Notes under the pieces: model-generated
What the model saw: only the letters and a program-made list of their open reading frames with translations
The model's database searches: none
What the model was told of the DNA's origin: nothing
Shown here: one piece after another, positions 14,537-28,600 of the stretch
Position numbering within the stretch: position 1 is the first letter of the stretch
How the letters are laid out: each line of letters begins with the position of its first letter
Translations under genes and position numbers: made by a program
Source: a virus
DNA: 64,000 nucleotides
Virus record (IMG/VR): IMGVR_UViG_3300030085_002462
Strand: one strand, 5' to 3'

Positions 14537-16648
14537 ATGTCAGCAATCCCTTCACAATTAACTTCCCTTGACTTTTTTGAGATCAAGGAATCAATCAGAT
14601 CATACTTAAGGACTCGCAAAGAGTTTTCAGACTATGATTTTGAGGGATCTGCTGCGTCATACCTGATTGATACCCTTGCTTACAATACTTACTACACAGC
14701 ATTCAACGCCAACATGGCAATGAATGAGGCATTTCTTGAAACTGCCACTGTAAGAGATAATATTGTCCGTATTGCTAAGCAACTTAACTATACACCTCGC
14801 TCTGTTAAGGCATCCAGAGCATGTGTTGAATTGCATGTACAAACAAATCAATCCACTAACGGTGTTACCTATCCAGAATTCGTAACATTGGGTGCTGGTG
14901 ACGTTTTTGTCGCTAGAAACGAAGCAGACGCTTATACGTTTGCAATGCCACAAGATATTCAAGTGCCCGTCAACCAGCAAAATGGTATGGCGATGTTTAA
15001 CAGCGTACTAATCTACCAAGGCAACCTTTTGAAGGCAGATTACGTTGTTGACTACACTAAGAAGCAAGATTATATTGTCCCATCCGAAGATGTGGACACA
15101 GAAACACTAATTGTCCAAATTTCACCAAGTGTGCAGTCATCCGAGACTGATACTTACAATAAAGTGACCAATGCGGTTGCAATTATCAGCACTTCCCGTA
15201 TTTACTACTTGGAAGAGACTGATGATCTTAGATATCGTCTTATTTTCGGTGATGGAGTCCTAGGACGTAAGTTGATTGACGGTGAGCACATCAAATTAAC
15301 CTATATTCGCACAGATGGTCCTCTTGCTAACGGTTGTAAGGACTTTTCGTTTGTTGGTGTTGCTAGAGACTCTGATGGCAGAGCGATTGCACCTCAAAAC
15401 ATTACTGTAAAGACAAAACTTGCCGCGGCCGATGGTGAAGAGATGGAAACACCTCTTTCTATCAAGTTTAGAGCACCTAGAGCATTTGCAACACAGAATA
15501 GAGCAGTTACTGAGTCTGATTATGAGCACATTGTGTCTGAGATCTATCCTCAGGCAGCATCTGTGACTGCATATGGTGGTGAGAAGTTGGTGCCACCTGT
15601 TTACGGTAAAGTTTACATTGCTATTCGTCCTAAAACAGGCACTAAGCTTAATGAGTCAACAAAAGTTGGCATTAAGCAAGATTTATTGAGATATTCAGTT
15701 GCATCGATTGAGCCAGTCATCATCGATCCTACAACTTACTACATTATTCCAAAATCCTACGTTTACTACAACGGAAACCAAACATCTTCCGCTGGTAGTG
15801 ACATTTCAAGTAAAGTCCTCAAGTCTATTGACAACTTTAACCGTAATGGTGTTACAAACCGCTTTGGAAACCGTTTAGAAGCATCTCGCTTTGGTGCGAT
15901 GGTTGACTCTGCTGATAACTCAATCTCTGGTAACGTTACTCAAACAACATTGGGTCAAAACCTTGATCAATTCGCTTTTGGTAACGTTTTCACCCAATGT
16001 CTTGATTTTGGCAATCCTCTATATGATCCTAACAACTTTGCTGGCACGGATCCTAATGGTGGTGCTAATGCTGGCAATGGTGATGATGGGACTGGAAAGT
16101 GCACACCTTCCTTCTCAACGGTTAAATCAGGCACATTCTATGCAACTGGATACACTGAGGATTTGGTTGCCCTTGCAGCGGCAGATGGGACCGTTACAGC
16201 GTCCTTTGGCAGTGCTGTAGTATCAACAAGTGAAGAGAATCAAGTCCTAGTCCCCGTCAATCTAAGAGATGACGGAAAAGGCGGAATCATGCTTGTGACT
16301 AAGCGTGATGAAACAGAATTAATCCTTAACCCTGCAGCAGGTACTGTGGACTACGGCACTGGTAAAGTTTGTGTCGGTCCTATCGCAATCTCAGGTACAC
16401 CAGATGGCACCACTAGAGTGCCATTGCAGGTTCTTCCATATGGTGGTGCAATCAACATTCCACCTGGCGTTGATCCTGTTATCTTTAACCCAGAAGTTTT
16501 CGCAATCGATTATACAGTGAATGACACCCCTGTCCCCATCTTCGATCCTAATAATTTCAGTGGATTTAACTTCGGAGATTTGAATATAAATATTCTTGAT
16601 TATCCTTCGGATACGTTTGTATATCCTGAAATCGATAACTGCTTCTGA
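14537..16648 (+). CDS. gp6: Baseplate wedge subunit gp6
   Basis: LDFFEIKESIRSYL...DYDFEGS...LAYNTYY...NEAFLETA..RDNIV..AKQLNYTPRS; QNRAVT..DY. Confidence 0.95.
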   Translation: MSAIPSQLTSLDFFEIKESIRSYLRTRKEFSDYDFEGSAASYLIDTLAYNTYYTAFNANMAMNEAFLETATVRDNIVRIAKQLNYTPRSVKASRACVELHVQTNQSTNGVTYPEFVTLGAGDVFVARNEADAYTFAMPQDIQVPVNQQNGMAMFNSVLIYQGNLLKADYVVDYTKKQDYIVPSEDVDTETLIVQISPSVQSSETDTYNKVTNAVAIISTSRIYYLEETDDLRYRLIFGDGVLGRKLIDGEHIKLTYIRTDGPLANGCKDFSFVGVARDSDGRAIAPQNITVKTKLAAADGEEMETPLSIKFRAPRAFATQNRAVTESDYEHIVSEIYPQAASVTAYGGEKLVPPVYGKVYIAIRPKTGTKLNESTKVGIKQDLLRYSVASIEPVIIDPTTYYIIPKSYVYYNGNQTSSAGSDISSKVLKSIDNFNRNGVTNRFGNRLEASRFGAMVDSADNSISGNVTQTTLGQNLDQFAFGNVFTQCLDFGNPLYDPNNFAGTDPNGGANAGNGDDGTGKCTPSFSTVKSGTFYATGYTEDLVALAAADGTVTASFGSAVVSTSEENQVLVPVNLRDDGKGGIMLVTKRDETELILNPAAGTVDYGTGKVCVGPIAISGTPDGTTRVPLQVLPYGGAINIPPGVDPVIFNPEVFAIDYTVNDTPVPIFDPNNFSGFNFGDLNINILDYPSDTFVYPEIDNCF
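16585..16592 (+). promoter_or_regulatory. Late promoter inside the gp6 3' end, serving gp7
   Basis: Exact T4 late consensus TATAAATA, 68 nt upstream of the gp7 ATG. Confidence 0.6.
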
Positions 16649-16659
16649 CCTAGAGAGAT

Positions 16660-19600
16660 ATGTCTTCACAACTGGCAAAAAGAGTCAACGTATCCGATAG
16701 AGTTGAATATCAACTTCCTGAGTTTATTAGAGAGGACGATAGACAATTCGTTAACCTTCTTCTTGAATACTACAGATCTCAAGAGAAAACAGGGCGTCCT
16801 TACGATGTTCTAAACAACATCATCAATTATCTTGATCTTGACAACTATGGATCTGAAGGGTTGTCAGCTGAAACTCTTTTGCTTCGTGATATTGGTATAA
16901 CTGACCAATCGATTGAAGTTGAGACCATTGATGGTTTCACAGAGAAAAATGGATCGATTCTGATCGATAATGAAATCATTTATTATGAATCTGTATCTAG
17001 AGGTCCTGACGCTATCCTGACGCCAGGTATTTCCTACGATCAGTTTAAGAAAAAGGAGCAGCAACTAGAGAATCCCTTTTCCCTCTTTGACGGCACTCGT
17101 AGAAGGTTTGATTTAAGCAACCTAGGCACCCCTGTAGCGCCCCCTACTGCCAATCACCTCCTAGTTACCACATATAACAACTTCCTCATCCCTAACGTTG
17201 ATTATACCGTTGATGGTGATGAAATTGTGTTTACCACACCACCTCGTTTGAGGACTGGTGTTGATGATTCAGAATTTACTCAACTCGTTTACCTTGTAGG
17301 TTATGCTGATCAGAGCGTCCTTGAAATGGACGACATCAACTATGAAGTCTATCAAGGTAAGTCAGAATATCCTCTAAAACTGAATGGGTCTAACTATTAT
17401 CCCACTTCAGAGATCGGTCTGATTGTTAATAAGAATGGCAACCTTCTTGTGCCATTTCAAGACTACGTTATTTTCCAAACCAACGATGGAAGCTCTTTTG
17501 TTTCCTTTAATGCTGGTGCTTTGGGTGCTGCTGATGTAATTCATATTAGATCTGTCGAATATAACGCACCTCAGTATGGATCTGGTGCAAAACTAATTTG
17601 TGAAGTTAACGAATCCTCTAAAGCACTCTCTGGATTGCAAGTTAAGAGTGGCGGTAGTGGATATCGTCTAGATTTTGCTCCTAAGGTCGCTATTGTCTCC
17701 ACAACTGGTGAAGGTGCTGCAGCAAGATCACTTGTTGGTGGTATTAAAGATATTCAACTTATTAGTGGTGGTCAAGGTTACACATCCTTCAACCCACCCA
17801 TTCCTTTTGTATCTGCTCCAACAAATCCTAATGGATCTAGAGCAGAGATCGAAATTGAGGTAGATGATACATCTGGACAAGTCTCTTCTATCAGAATTAC
17901 TAACTCTGGTAGTGGATATGACTTTATTCCTGCAATTTCTTTCATCAATCCTGCTGGTGCAAAGATTAGTGATCCAACAATCGACTCTGAAGGTCGTGTC
18001 AACGTTGATAGCATTCAGGTTACTAAAACTGGTGTAGGATATAAGAATGCTCCTGTTGTTTACATTGATCCAGCACCTGACGGTGGTATCAATGCTCAAG
18101 CAACTTCTAGAATCAACTCTGATGGTCAAGTTATTGAGATTCAAGTCAATAACAGAGGTAGAGGATATGTAACTCCTCCTAGAGCAAGAATTATCGATCC
18201 AGTTGGTGCTCAAGTCCTTGATGTAACTGTTGCATCAGGTGCTGTCACTGAAATTGAAATGTTGACTGGTGGTATGGGTTATACTGATCCACCATCTGTG
18301 TATATTGTTGATGATCGCAAAGATGCTTACGGTAATCCCGTTGGTGGACAAGGTGCTAAGGCAGTTGCGACTATTTTTAACGGTGAGATCACTGATATCA
18401 ACATTACTGACTTTGGTAGTGGATATTCTGATCAATTCCCTCCAAAAATCTATATTGCTGAGCCTGCTGCTGCTAAAGCATCTGTAAATATCGGATATGA
18501 TGAAGTTACTGGTTTTGAAATCATTAGAGGTGGTAAAGAGTATTCTCCATCAGCACTTTTAGGTTGTGCTCGTGGTGTTTCTAATGTTATTGGTTTTGAT
18601 GACCTTGGAAACCAAATTTATGCAAGAGAAGAGCAACTTGCTAACACTAACCATAATGCAGGGACCAGAATTGTTAATCTGGACTCTATTTTCGTTAAAG
18701 AGGTCTTTGATCGTTTTAGAAGGCAGTATCTGCCAACTCTAGAGATCAACTATGACAGAATTAACCCTGTCCAAGTAATTAAGACCATTAGAGACTTCTA
18801 TGCCTCTAAAGGCACTAAGATGTCTACTCAATACCTCTTCAAAATTCTGTTTGGAGAGGATGTTGATGTTTTCTATCCAAAAGACGAAATTATCAGTCCT
18901 TCCCATGCAACTTGGGTTGTTGACACGATTCTTCGTGCAGAATTGATTTCTGGTGATCCTAGAAACCTAATTGATGGTCAACTTAACCAATATAGAGATG
19001 AAGTTGACACAAACATTAGAGAAGCATCTGCTTTGATCGAAAACGTCATTTCTATCATTCAAGGCACCGATACAATCTACGAATTGGCGATTTCTGAGGA
19101 AACGCTCGTTGGTCAGTTTATAATTCCTTATAAGACTCGTCTTGTCGAGCCTTTGAATACAACTGGTCAAATTATCACGGTTGACTCGACGATTGGATGG
19201 CCTGAGAGAAATGGCACCATCCTAATCAACGATGAAGAGCAAGTCCAGTATAAAGAGAAGTCTCTTAACCAATTCATCGAATGTACTCGCTCTAAAAACG
19301 GTATTGTAGAAGATTGGGATCCTGGCACTATTGTCCAGTCCGATATCTTCGTTTATGTCAATAAAGACACTCCTACAGAGTGTAAGTTGAGAATTCTTGG
19401 TATTGCTGAAGCAGGCACCACTGTTTTGGATGATACTGGATCTTACTACCTTCCTAGTGACAAATTGAAGGTTGCATCTCTGGGATCTTCTGCAGAAGAT
19501 GAAAGACTGTCTTCTTGGCTTTATAATGTTAAAAAACTAATCCAGGTCTCCAGTGTTACGCCTGGTGGTGATAATAATCAAACTGCAACTGTTGTTTGCG

Positions 19601-22600
19601 ATAACCCTCATGGTTTGTTGGTTTCTGACCAAGTTACGATTTATGGTGCAAACCCTGTTATCTACAACGGCACATTTGCTGTTACTTCTCGTATTGACGA
19701 ATATCAATTCTCATACCGTCTAGCACAGCCTACAGACATTATTCCACAGGGTAACATTCTACTTTCGGTGGACCTCAACCGAGGAAAATCTGATGTTACT
19801 TCAATCAACAAGGTTGTTTCTGAGTTTACAACTAATATCCAAAACTCCTTCTTTAACGATGATTATGTCTATGTTGCTGCTAGTGGCTTACCTAATTACA
19901 AGATTGGCCCTTTCACAGGATCCGCGTTAATTCCTGGCAACCAGCGTAAGTTGATGCGTTTCCCAAGAAACGTATTGACTGTTTCTGAAAGACAAGACAT
20001 TCAACCCAATACCTCAATCGGATCATGGGTTAATGGTGTTTCTATCTGGTCTTACAAGTCTTCTGAGTATGTCCAGTTTGGTCCTCTTACCAATATCACT
20101 GTAGATGGTGGTGGTGAAGGATATGATGCTGGCGCTAAACCCAACCTTGAAATTATTGGTGGTGGCGGCACAGGAGCATCAGGTAGTGTTGTTGTTAACG
20201 GTAGTCTCACATCTTTCGATGTTACTGAAGGTGGTAGTGGATATACCGATTCACCTCTAATCTCCATCGTTGGCGGTGGTGGTAGTGGAGGCACAGCAAG
20301 AGCCGTCGTTACTGGTGGTCGCGTCACCAGAATTCTGGTTGATTCACCAGGTACAGGATATACATCACAACCTGACGTTGCTATTACAGGTGGTGGTGGA
20401 TCTGGTGCTGCAGCGACTGCAAACGTCCGTGGTCCAATCTCATCTGTGATGATTGACAGTTTTGGTAGTGGATATACTTCACTGCCTCAAATCAGAGTTA
20501 ACTCTGGTGAAAATGCTTTGGCACAACCTATTGTTATTAATGGTCGTATTGTTTCAATCGCTATTATTAACTCTGGTAACTCTTACACCACAGCACCTAA
20601 CGTCATTATTAATGGTGATGGTTTCGGTGCTATTGCTCAAGCAACCATTGGCACATTTGGTGAAGATAAGGGTAAAGTGCTTAGTATTCAAATCCTTAAC
20701 AGAGGTATTGGATATACTCAAGGAAACACTACTGTTAGACTGGAAGCAGTTGGTCAGAATGCAACATTCACACCTACTGTTTACAGATGGTATAGAAACA
20801 ATCAGTATGACCTTGGTAGTAACTATGACTTTGCTAGAGGTTATGTCTTTACTGGTCTTAATAACGCATTCGGTGGTGAGTATGCTCACCTAAGTGATCC
20901 TAAGGAATTGCGTTATGTGGTTGGTGATAACGTATTCTTGAATCCTGTTACCCAACAATTCCAAGAGCTTTCTTCCAATTTTAGTCATTCTCCTATTCTT
21001 GGATGGGCATTTGATGGTAACCCCATCTATGGTCCTTATGCATATGCAGATCCAACTGATCAAAACAGTGGTATCCGTCGTATGCGCACTTCATACAAAT
21101 TGAAGACAAATGTCGTATTTGACGCTGCAACTAATCCCAATCCTTCAAGGACAGATGGTCCTCCACTGGCATCCTATCCTGCAGGACAATTTGTTGCTGA
21201 TTACTACTACGATTTCCAATCTGGTGACCTAGACAACTATAACGGTCGTTTCTGTAAGACACCTGAGTATCCTGATGGTGTATATGCATATTTCATCACT
21301 GTTGATGCTTCTGAAGCTGGTGTTGCAGAATTCCCTTATATCCTTGGTCCTCAGTTTAACTCTCTTCCAGATCAGTGGAATTTGGGTCAAGGTGCAACTC
21401 AGGAAAATATTCCTCAAGATGTTGTCCGTTATAGAGATCCTTATGTCAATGTTGACATTGATATTGATCGTCAACCAAACCAAGAGTCAGATGTCCTAAC
21501 AACTGAGATTGAAGGATATCCTCTCATCTTTGAGATTCAAGATAGCAACAATGATGGTGTTATTGATGCTTCTGAGCAGCAAGAGACCTTAGAGATGACT
21601 ACAGAGGCAACTCTGCAGATCTATGACTACTTCCCTCAAGTCCCACCTGAATCAAGAGTTGACATTGAAGTTGAGACAACTACTCAGTTTGAAGATGCTC
21701 AAATTGACGGATTTGTTATTGAAAACCCTGGCGTTTCTTATCAGGTTAATGATACTGTTTTCTTCAACAATGAAGGCACAGAGGGTTATGGTGCGTCCGC
21801 AATTATTGATTCTGTTAAGGGTCAAGTAATTCAAGCATATCAAAAAGAAATTATTGGTGACCAACCTTATGGTAAGATCACCACTGCTGAAATTCACGAT
21901 TTGAAACAGCAAGACGGTATTATTGTTAACTCTAGACCTATTGCTGATAATACCAACAAAGCATTTAAGAATGTTGTTGTATCTGGTATTGAGACTGTTT
22001 CTATCGATCAGGTTGGTAGAGGTTATAATTCAGACCTCCCTCCTGTCTATGAATTGATCACATCACAAGGTAGTGATGCTGAATTTAGAATTAATCTAGA
22101 ATCTAATGGTGGTATTAGCACCGTTGATATTCTTAACTCTGGTAATGGATACGATGTTGATAATCCTCCTCAGATTCGTGTTACCCATCCTCAACAGTAT
22201 AAGAAGACTCGTTACTGGTTGAGTGAGTATATTGAAGCTGATGGTCAGTTGATGATCCATGATAGTAAGATCACTGCGGATCGCTATCTGTATATTTGTG
22301 GATCTATTGAAATCGGCAATGGTAACATGGCAGGTTTCCTTGCTAAGTTTGATGATCTTGGAAGACTTGTTTGGGAAAGACACTTACAACCTATTAACAC
22401 TGGTGATAAGAGAAGTGAATTCCTTAGAATGTATATCAATGAGTCTTATGAAAACGACCGTATTTATGTTGCAGGCCAAACTTATTCTCCTACAAACGAC
22501 CTGTTTAACCCAGATATTTGGGTTGGTATGTATGAGTCTGGATTTAACACTGCAAACGCTCCAGACGGTCTTCTTCAATGGCAGAAGTCTATTGCAGGTA

Positions 22601-25600
22601 TCTCTGGCACAACTAGAAGAGACTACATTACTTCTATCAGTCTAGATGCCGAAGAGCGTATCTACCTTGCAGGTTATACTAATACTAACTCACCTGATCC
22701 CGATGATATTTGGGTTATTCAGGCAGACCAAGATGGTGACGTTGTTGAGAAGCGTAAGTTTGCCTCTATTGATGGTAATGAGAGACTTGAGCAAATTGCT
22801 GATCTTGGTAATAACAGATTCTTCTGGGTTGGTGTTAACGAAGATAATGATGACTGCTTATATGGTGTCTTCTTCTATGATGGTGCAAACCTTGAGATGG
22901 AATATGCCAAGCAGGTTACTGTTACTGGTGGTTATGTAAGAAATCCAAGATTCGTCATCGATGAATATCAAGATGTCTTCATTCTTTGGGATTTCTATAA
23001 TAATGCTACTAGCGTTTGGGAAAAGGTCCAGCTCAGCAGAATTTCACTTGCTAATACAGCATCTGGTGGATCCTTTACATGGTCTAAGACTATTGCTCTT
23101 ACACCAATGGATTCTGTTACACCTATCAGTATCCAACATGCTGGTCTCAACCTAGATGAGTTTGGTAATATCAGTGTTGTTACTGATATGAAGTATAAGC
23201 AGAATGTCCGAGTGGCAGGTCTGACATACTTTAAGTATGACGGCACAGTGCTCCGTCAATCCTATCTTGAGGATACCAATAGTGCTGGTTTCTCCGTTAA
23301 GTCTCACGTTGTTGATTCTTCTGGTGACCCAATCATGGTTTGTGAGCGTCAGCTTCCAGATCAGGCTGCAGCATTCAGATTTACTGAAGATGGTAATAAT
23401 TGGAATGAAGATTTCACCAAGCGTAAGTTGGCACCTCTTTCAGTTATTGATACTGCTGCAAGTGCTTGGGAGCGTGATACAACTGCATATAAGTGGGGTC
23501 CTGCATCACTCAAACTCAAGACATCTAATGCTGTAAAGGCAACTAACTTTAATAGAAATGTCCAACCAGAATGGTGTGTTGAAGGTTGGTATTCTATGGA
23601 TGGCACCAATCATGGTGTTAACCATCAACCTAAAATGATGACCGTTGTGCCTGTCGCAGGTAAGACAGCACATTTCATTATCGATGGTGATTCAACATCT
23701 GCAAACTATCAGAAAGTCCTACTTTACTTTGATGGTGTTGAGGTTGCTTCCTCTACTACTGCATACAACTGGACTACATTTGCATCTAGTGCATGGGTCC
23801 ATCTATCATTCTCTAAAGAGAATCCTACTGTTGGTAGTTACACTTATAGAGTGTTTGTCAACGGTGTTGCAATGATCGAATTGGTCTCTACTGAAGATAT
23901 CGGTCTTGATGACGTTTACTGGGCAAGTGATTCTACTCCTAGTGCTTCCGATGCCTTCCTTGGTAACCTTGACGATCTCGTTGTTTCTGAAACAGCAAAA
24001 TATACTGCAACTTATACTGTCCCTGCTGATTACGTTGAAATTACAACTCAAGCATCTGATGTTGCAATCTATAAGGTTGACAGACTGCATACCGAGCGTG
24101 GTGATAAGACACTTACAACTCTCAACAACTATACACAATTCTCATTCAGTGAAAACTTCAACGTTAATGTCCAGACTGTAACCAACGGTGCTATTAGTAA
24201 TTGGGAAGAAGGTCCTGGCGGTCTGCAGATTCTTGACATGTCGTATACTATTGCGACTATGATTCCAGCAACAGTTGCTCTGTCTACTAATGTTGAAATC
24301 TTTGGATCTAAGACATCTACTGTCCCAACACCTAGAGGTCAGAAACTTAAACTGTCTTCTAACGTTGTGCCAAAATTCTATATTAGAGATGCACTGTATA
24401 GTAAGATTGATAACGTTAAGGAATTTACTTTCAACCAAGATTGTAAATTCACAAAAGGTAGTATTATCCAACAGGTGAATGCTGCTGGTGTTGTCCAAGC
24501 ATACGGCACTATTGTTGAATCTCCTGCAGGTGGAATCAATACTCCTGGTCTCGGCACCAAATATAAGGTTGGTAAGATCTTCGGCACATTTAATAATACA
24601 GATCTGTTTAAGAATGATCTTGATGAGATCAATCATATCACTGGTGTTTATTTCGATACTGAGGAAGCAGAGATTCCATGGGCATCTGGTACTGCATATG
24701 CTCAGGGTGATAGAGTTTATAGTGATAAGAAAATCTATGAGGCACAGGGTGCTGGCACATCTGGCACAATTACACCTATCCACACTGCTGGTGTTGCTTC
24801 TGATGGTGTAATTAACTGGGCATTCATTGATGATTCAGGTAAGTTTACTATTGATGCTGCAAACCATCCATATCAGATTCCTGAATACCAAGGATCCGAT
24901 ATGATTGAATGGGATGCACACATCCTGTATGCACCTGGTTATAGAATTTGGAAAGGTCTTAATGTGTATGAAACCACCAATGGTGGTGTTTCTGGCACAA
25001 CTCCTCCCACTCATACAACTGGCACAGTTAACGACGGTAACGTAGATTGGACATTTGTTGAGACTAGAGAGGCACTTGGCACATATGCTAGATTCATGGC
25101 ATATGATGAAGATTTCTATACAGTTAGAATTGAAGAGATTCAACCTGGATCTACTTACATTCCTGGCGATGTTATCAGTATTAGATCTGATAATATTGAA
25201 ATTGATGAAACTGAGAAGATCCTTAGAGTTGTAAATCTTCCTTCAGTTAAAAAGATTCGTGTAACTTCTACCGTTAAGAAAGATATTATTCGCACCGCTG
25301 AGGTCCGCACTGATCAAGTTTATGCAACATCAGTTACTAGACATAATTATAATAACGGTGAGATTCTTTATACAACTGGATTCTCTCAGACAGCATTTAA
25401 CGGATCATTCTTTGTTAAAGAAGTATTTGGTAGTAGAGAATTCACATTTACTATCAGAGATACTGCTGTAGAAGAGCCTGCATTCTTGCAGAGCGCTATT
25501 TCTAATGTCAACATTTATGCTAAGCACCCAACTCTGACATTTACCAGAGGTCATGCATATGTGTTTGATCTAGCAGATCCTTCTAACTTTGGTTATTACT

Positions 25601-28600
25601 TGTCCTTCTCTCAGGACAACCAGTATAAACTGGAGTATTCATTCAACAATATTACTAGAGAAGGCACACCTGGTGTTCCAACAACCAGCACTGCACCTTT
25701 TGTTAAGTTTACTGTATTGGGTGACGTTACAAATATTTCTTACTACTTTGACCCATCAAGAGTTGGAGCTAATTCTCCTGTTGGTGATAAGTCGTTTATT
25801 GATGTCATCAAGACACCTTATGATGGCACATTTACAATTTCTGAAATTATTACAGATACTGAGTTTAGATTCCCACTCGTTAGAGAGCCTGAGCAAACAT
25901 CTGCTGAGGTTGGCACTGATGAGTTTGACAATGCATACTCATATTATTCAACGACATCTACCAAAGCAGTTGGTCCTATCAACAGCATCAAACTGGTATC
26001 ACCTGGTGGATTCTATAAGAGACTTCCTATCATCTCTGATATTGCATCTTATCGTCAAATTGAGAAGATCAACATCACAGATGGTGGCACAGAATATGCA
26101 CCTGGCGTCTACTATGATGTAGGCATCCTTGGTGATGGTGAAGGTGCTAAAGCAACTATCACTGTTGAGATTGATGATGAGACAGGATCAGGCACCATTA
26201 CAGGTGTTGCTATTACAGATCCTGGCAAAGGTTACACTACCGCTTCGATTGATATTGATGCTATTCCTGGCATTCTTGGTCCAACTCTTGCTGGATCTGG
26301 TGCTGCATTAGAAGTGGTGATCCCCGAAGAGGGATCTGGCGCGTCTGTTTTCCTCACTGGTAGGAATATTGGTAAGATTAAGAGACTGAAGAATAATGAG
26401 TTTGGTTATGGTTATTCTCATGACTATACTCTACGTCCTGAAATCTCCTTCCCAGTTAACCTACAACTCTTTAATACTTCGATCCTAACTCAGATTAAGA
26501 TCACCAATCCAGGTTCTGGTTATACCTCTGCTCCTGCCGTTGTCATTGAAGGTGGCGGTGGTGAAGGTGCACAGGCAGAAGCGATTGTTAAAAACAACCG
26601 TCTTTCTGAAATTGTAATTAAGAATCCAGGTCAAGGTTATTCATCTGAGCCCATAGTCACACTTAAGTCTGAGTTTAACTACGTTGTTAACCTCGACCTC
26701 AACTATCTGCAGTTTAACTTCCCTCACGGTATCACCACTGGTGCTGCTGTCCAATTCCGTGCTGATGATGTTGGCACAACTGAGGGTGAGCTCCCCAAAC
26801 CTAGCAGCGTTGGTTTGACCTCTTTGGTTGAAGGTCAGATCTACTATGCAATCGCTGGTAACCAAAACTCTCTTGAATCTGATCAAATCAGATTTGCTTT
26901 GACACCTCAAGCAGCGGCAACTGGTGACTTTATTACCTTCTTGACTCAAGGTAGTGGTCGTCAAGTCCTTCTTACTGAAGTCTTTGGAGGCACAGCAGAA
27001 GCAATCGTTTCTACTTCCAGATTCTTGGAAGGTGAAGAGGTATTCCAAGGTCCTAGCCTTGAGCAAGCAACTGCAACCGCTGTTGTGTCTACAAACACTG
27101 GTTGGCAGATTGGTCCTAAGATTCTAAAACTTGTCAACAACCAAGGCGATTTTGTCCAAGGTGAAAAAGTTACAGGCACAGTTTCTAAGGCATCTGGTGT
27201 TATCGATAACTTGAATATTGCTAAGGGCGTCCTGAATATTGGATCTCTTACCAAGACACCTGGTAAGTTTATTGATGACGTTGGTAAACCTTCTGAAATT
27301 GTCCAGAAAATTCAAGACTCTTTCTTCTACCAAAACTTCTCTTATGTTATTAAGTCTGAGATTCCTATCACAGAGTGGAAAACTCAGATTCTTGAAAACA
27401 ACCACCCTGCAGGTTTCAACCTCTTCGGTCAATTACAACTGACTGGTGGTAAAGACGTTTCTGGTCGTAAGATCGGCACTGAGTTTATTAAGAATGTTAA
27501 TATCTTTGATTATGCAAATGTCAACCAGATTACATCCTTCGGTGCTGCACAACCTATCTACACCGATTATAACAACACTGAGGTGCTTTTCCGTAAGAGA
27601 AGACTGACTTCTTCTGAGGAAATTCTTACTTCTATTGTTAAGAAACTGGATGATATCTCTGGTCAATTTGATGGTGTCCAGAAGAGTTTCCCACTTACAG
27701 TGGAGAATGAAAGTGTCATTGTTAAAGATGACCAGTTGATGATTACAATTAACGGTATCATCCAGTCTCCTAGAATCTCTTACAGCATTGTTGGTGGTAA
27801 CATCGTATTTGCTGAAGCACCTAAACCACCTTCTAAGGTTGTTTATAGAAATATCAGAGTTACACCTGTTGAGATCTATAGAATTGAGTTGTATCAAGTT
27901 GGTGGTATTTTCCCAACATTAGGTCAGCAAATCCAAGGTCAGGCAAATGATACATTTGCAACTGTGATTGACACAGGAGCAAGTAGTATTGATGTTATTA
28001 ATATCACTGGCACTCCATTCCAACTTAATGAGCAATTAAGAAGAGGCACTATATTCTCAGCATTGGTCCAATCTGTGACTCTGCTGAATTCAGATACCAT
28101 CTTTGAATTTGGTGAGTCTATCACCAATCTCAATGGTGATACTGCTAAGATTGAAGAGACTAACCTCAATGATGGTGTTGTTACTGATGCTTTGGTTATC
28201 AGTAAAACTTCTGGTACATCTGACGAAGAAACTGGTCAGTTTAACATTAGATTGAATGATTACGTCTACTCTGCAGCTACTAAGATTGCAGGTCAGGTTT
28301 CCTTCATCTCTCCATACTTAGATCCTAATACTGGTGAGCCAGTTGACACTCTAACAATTAACGCTGGATCAACATTCTTTGGTCTGTTGTTTGAGCGTCT
28401 GCTTTCTATCACCAATCCTAACGTTGTCTTGGATGATATTTCCAAGTCTACGATTACACCTACTGAATTGTATAACGCAGATAATAGAATCAACGCTGAC
28501 TTCCTTGACTTTGAAGATGTAAGATCTTCTGAGGTTGTCATGACAGATCTCACTGGTGGACAATTCTCAGAAGGTGAGTTGATTCGTAACAAGAAAGTTG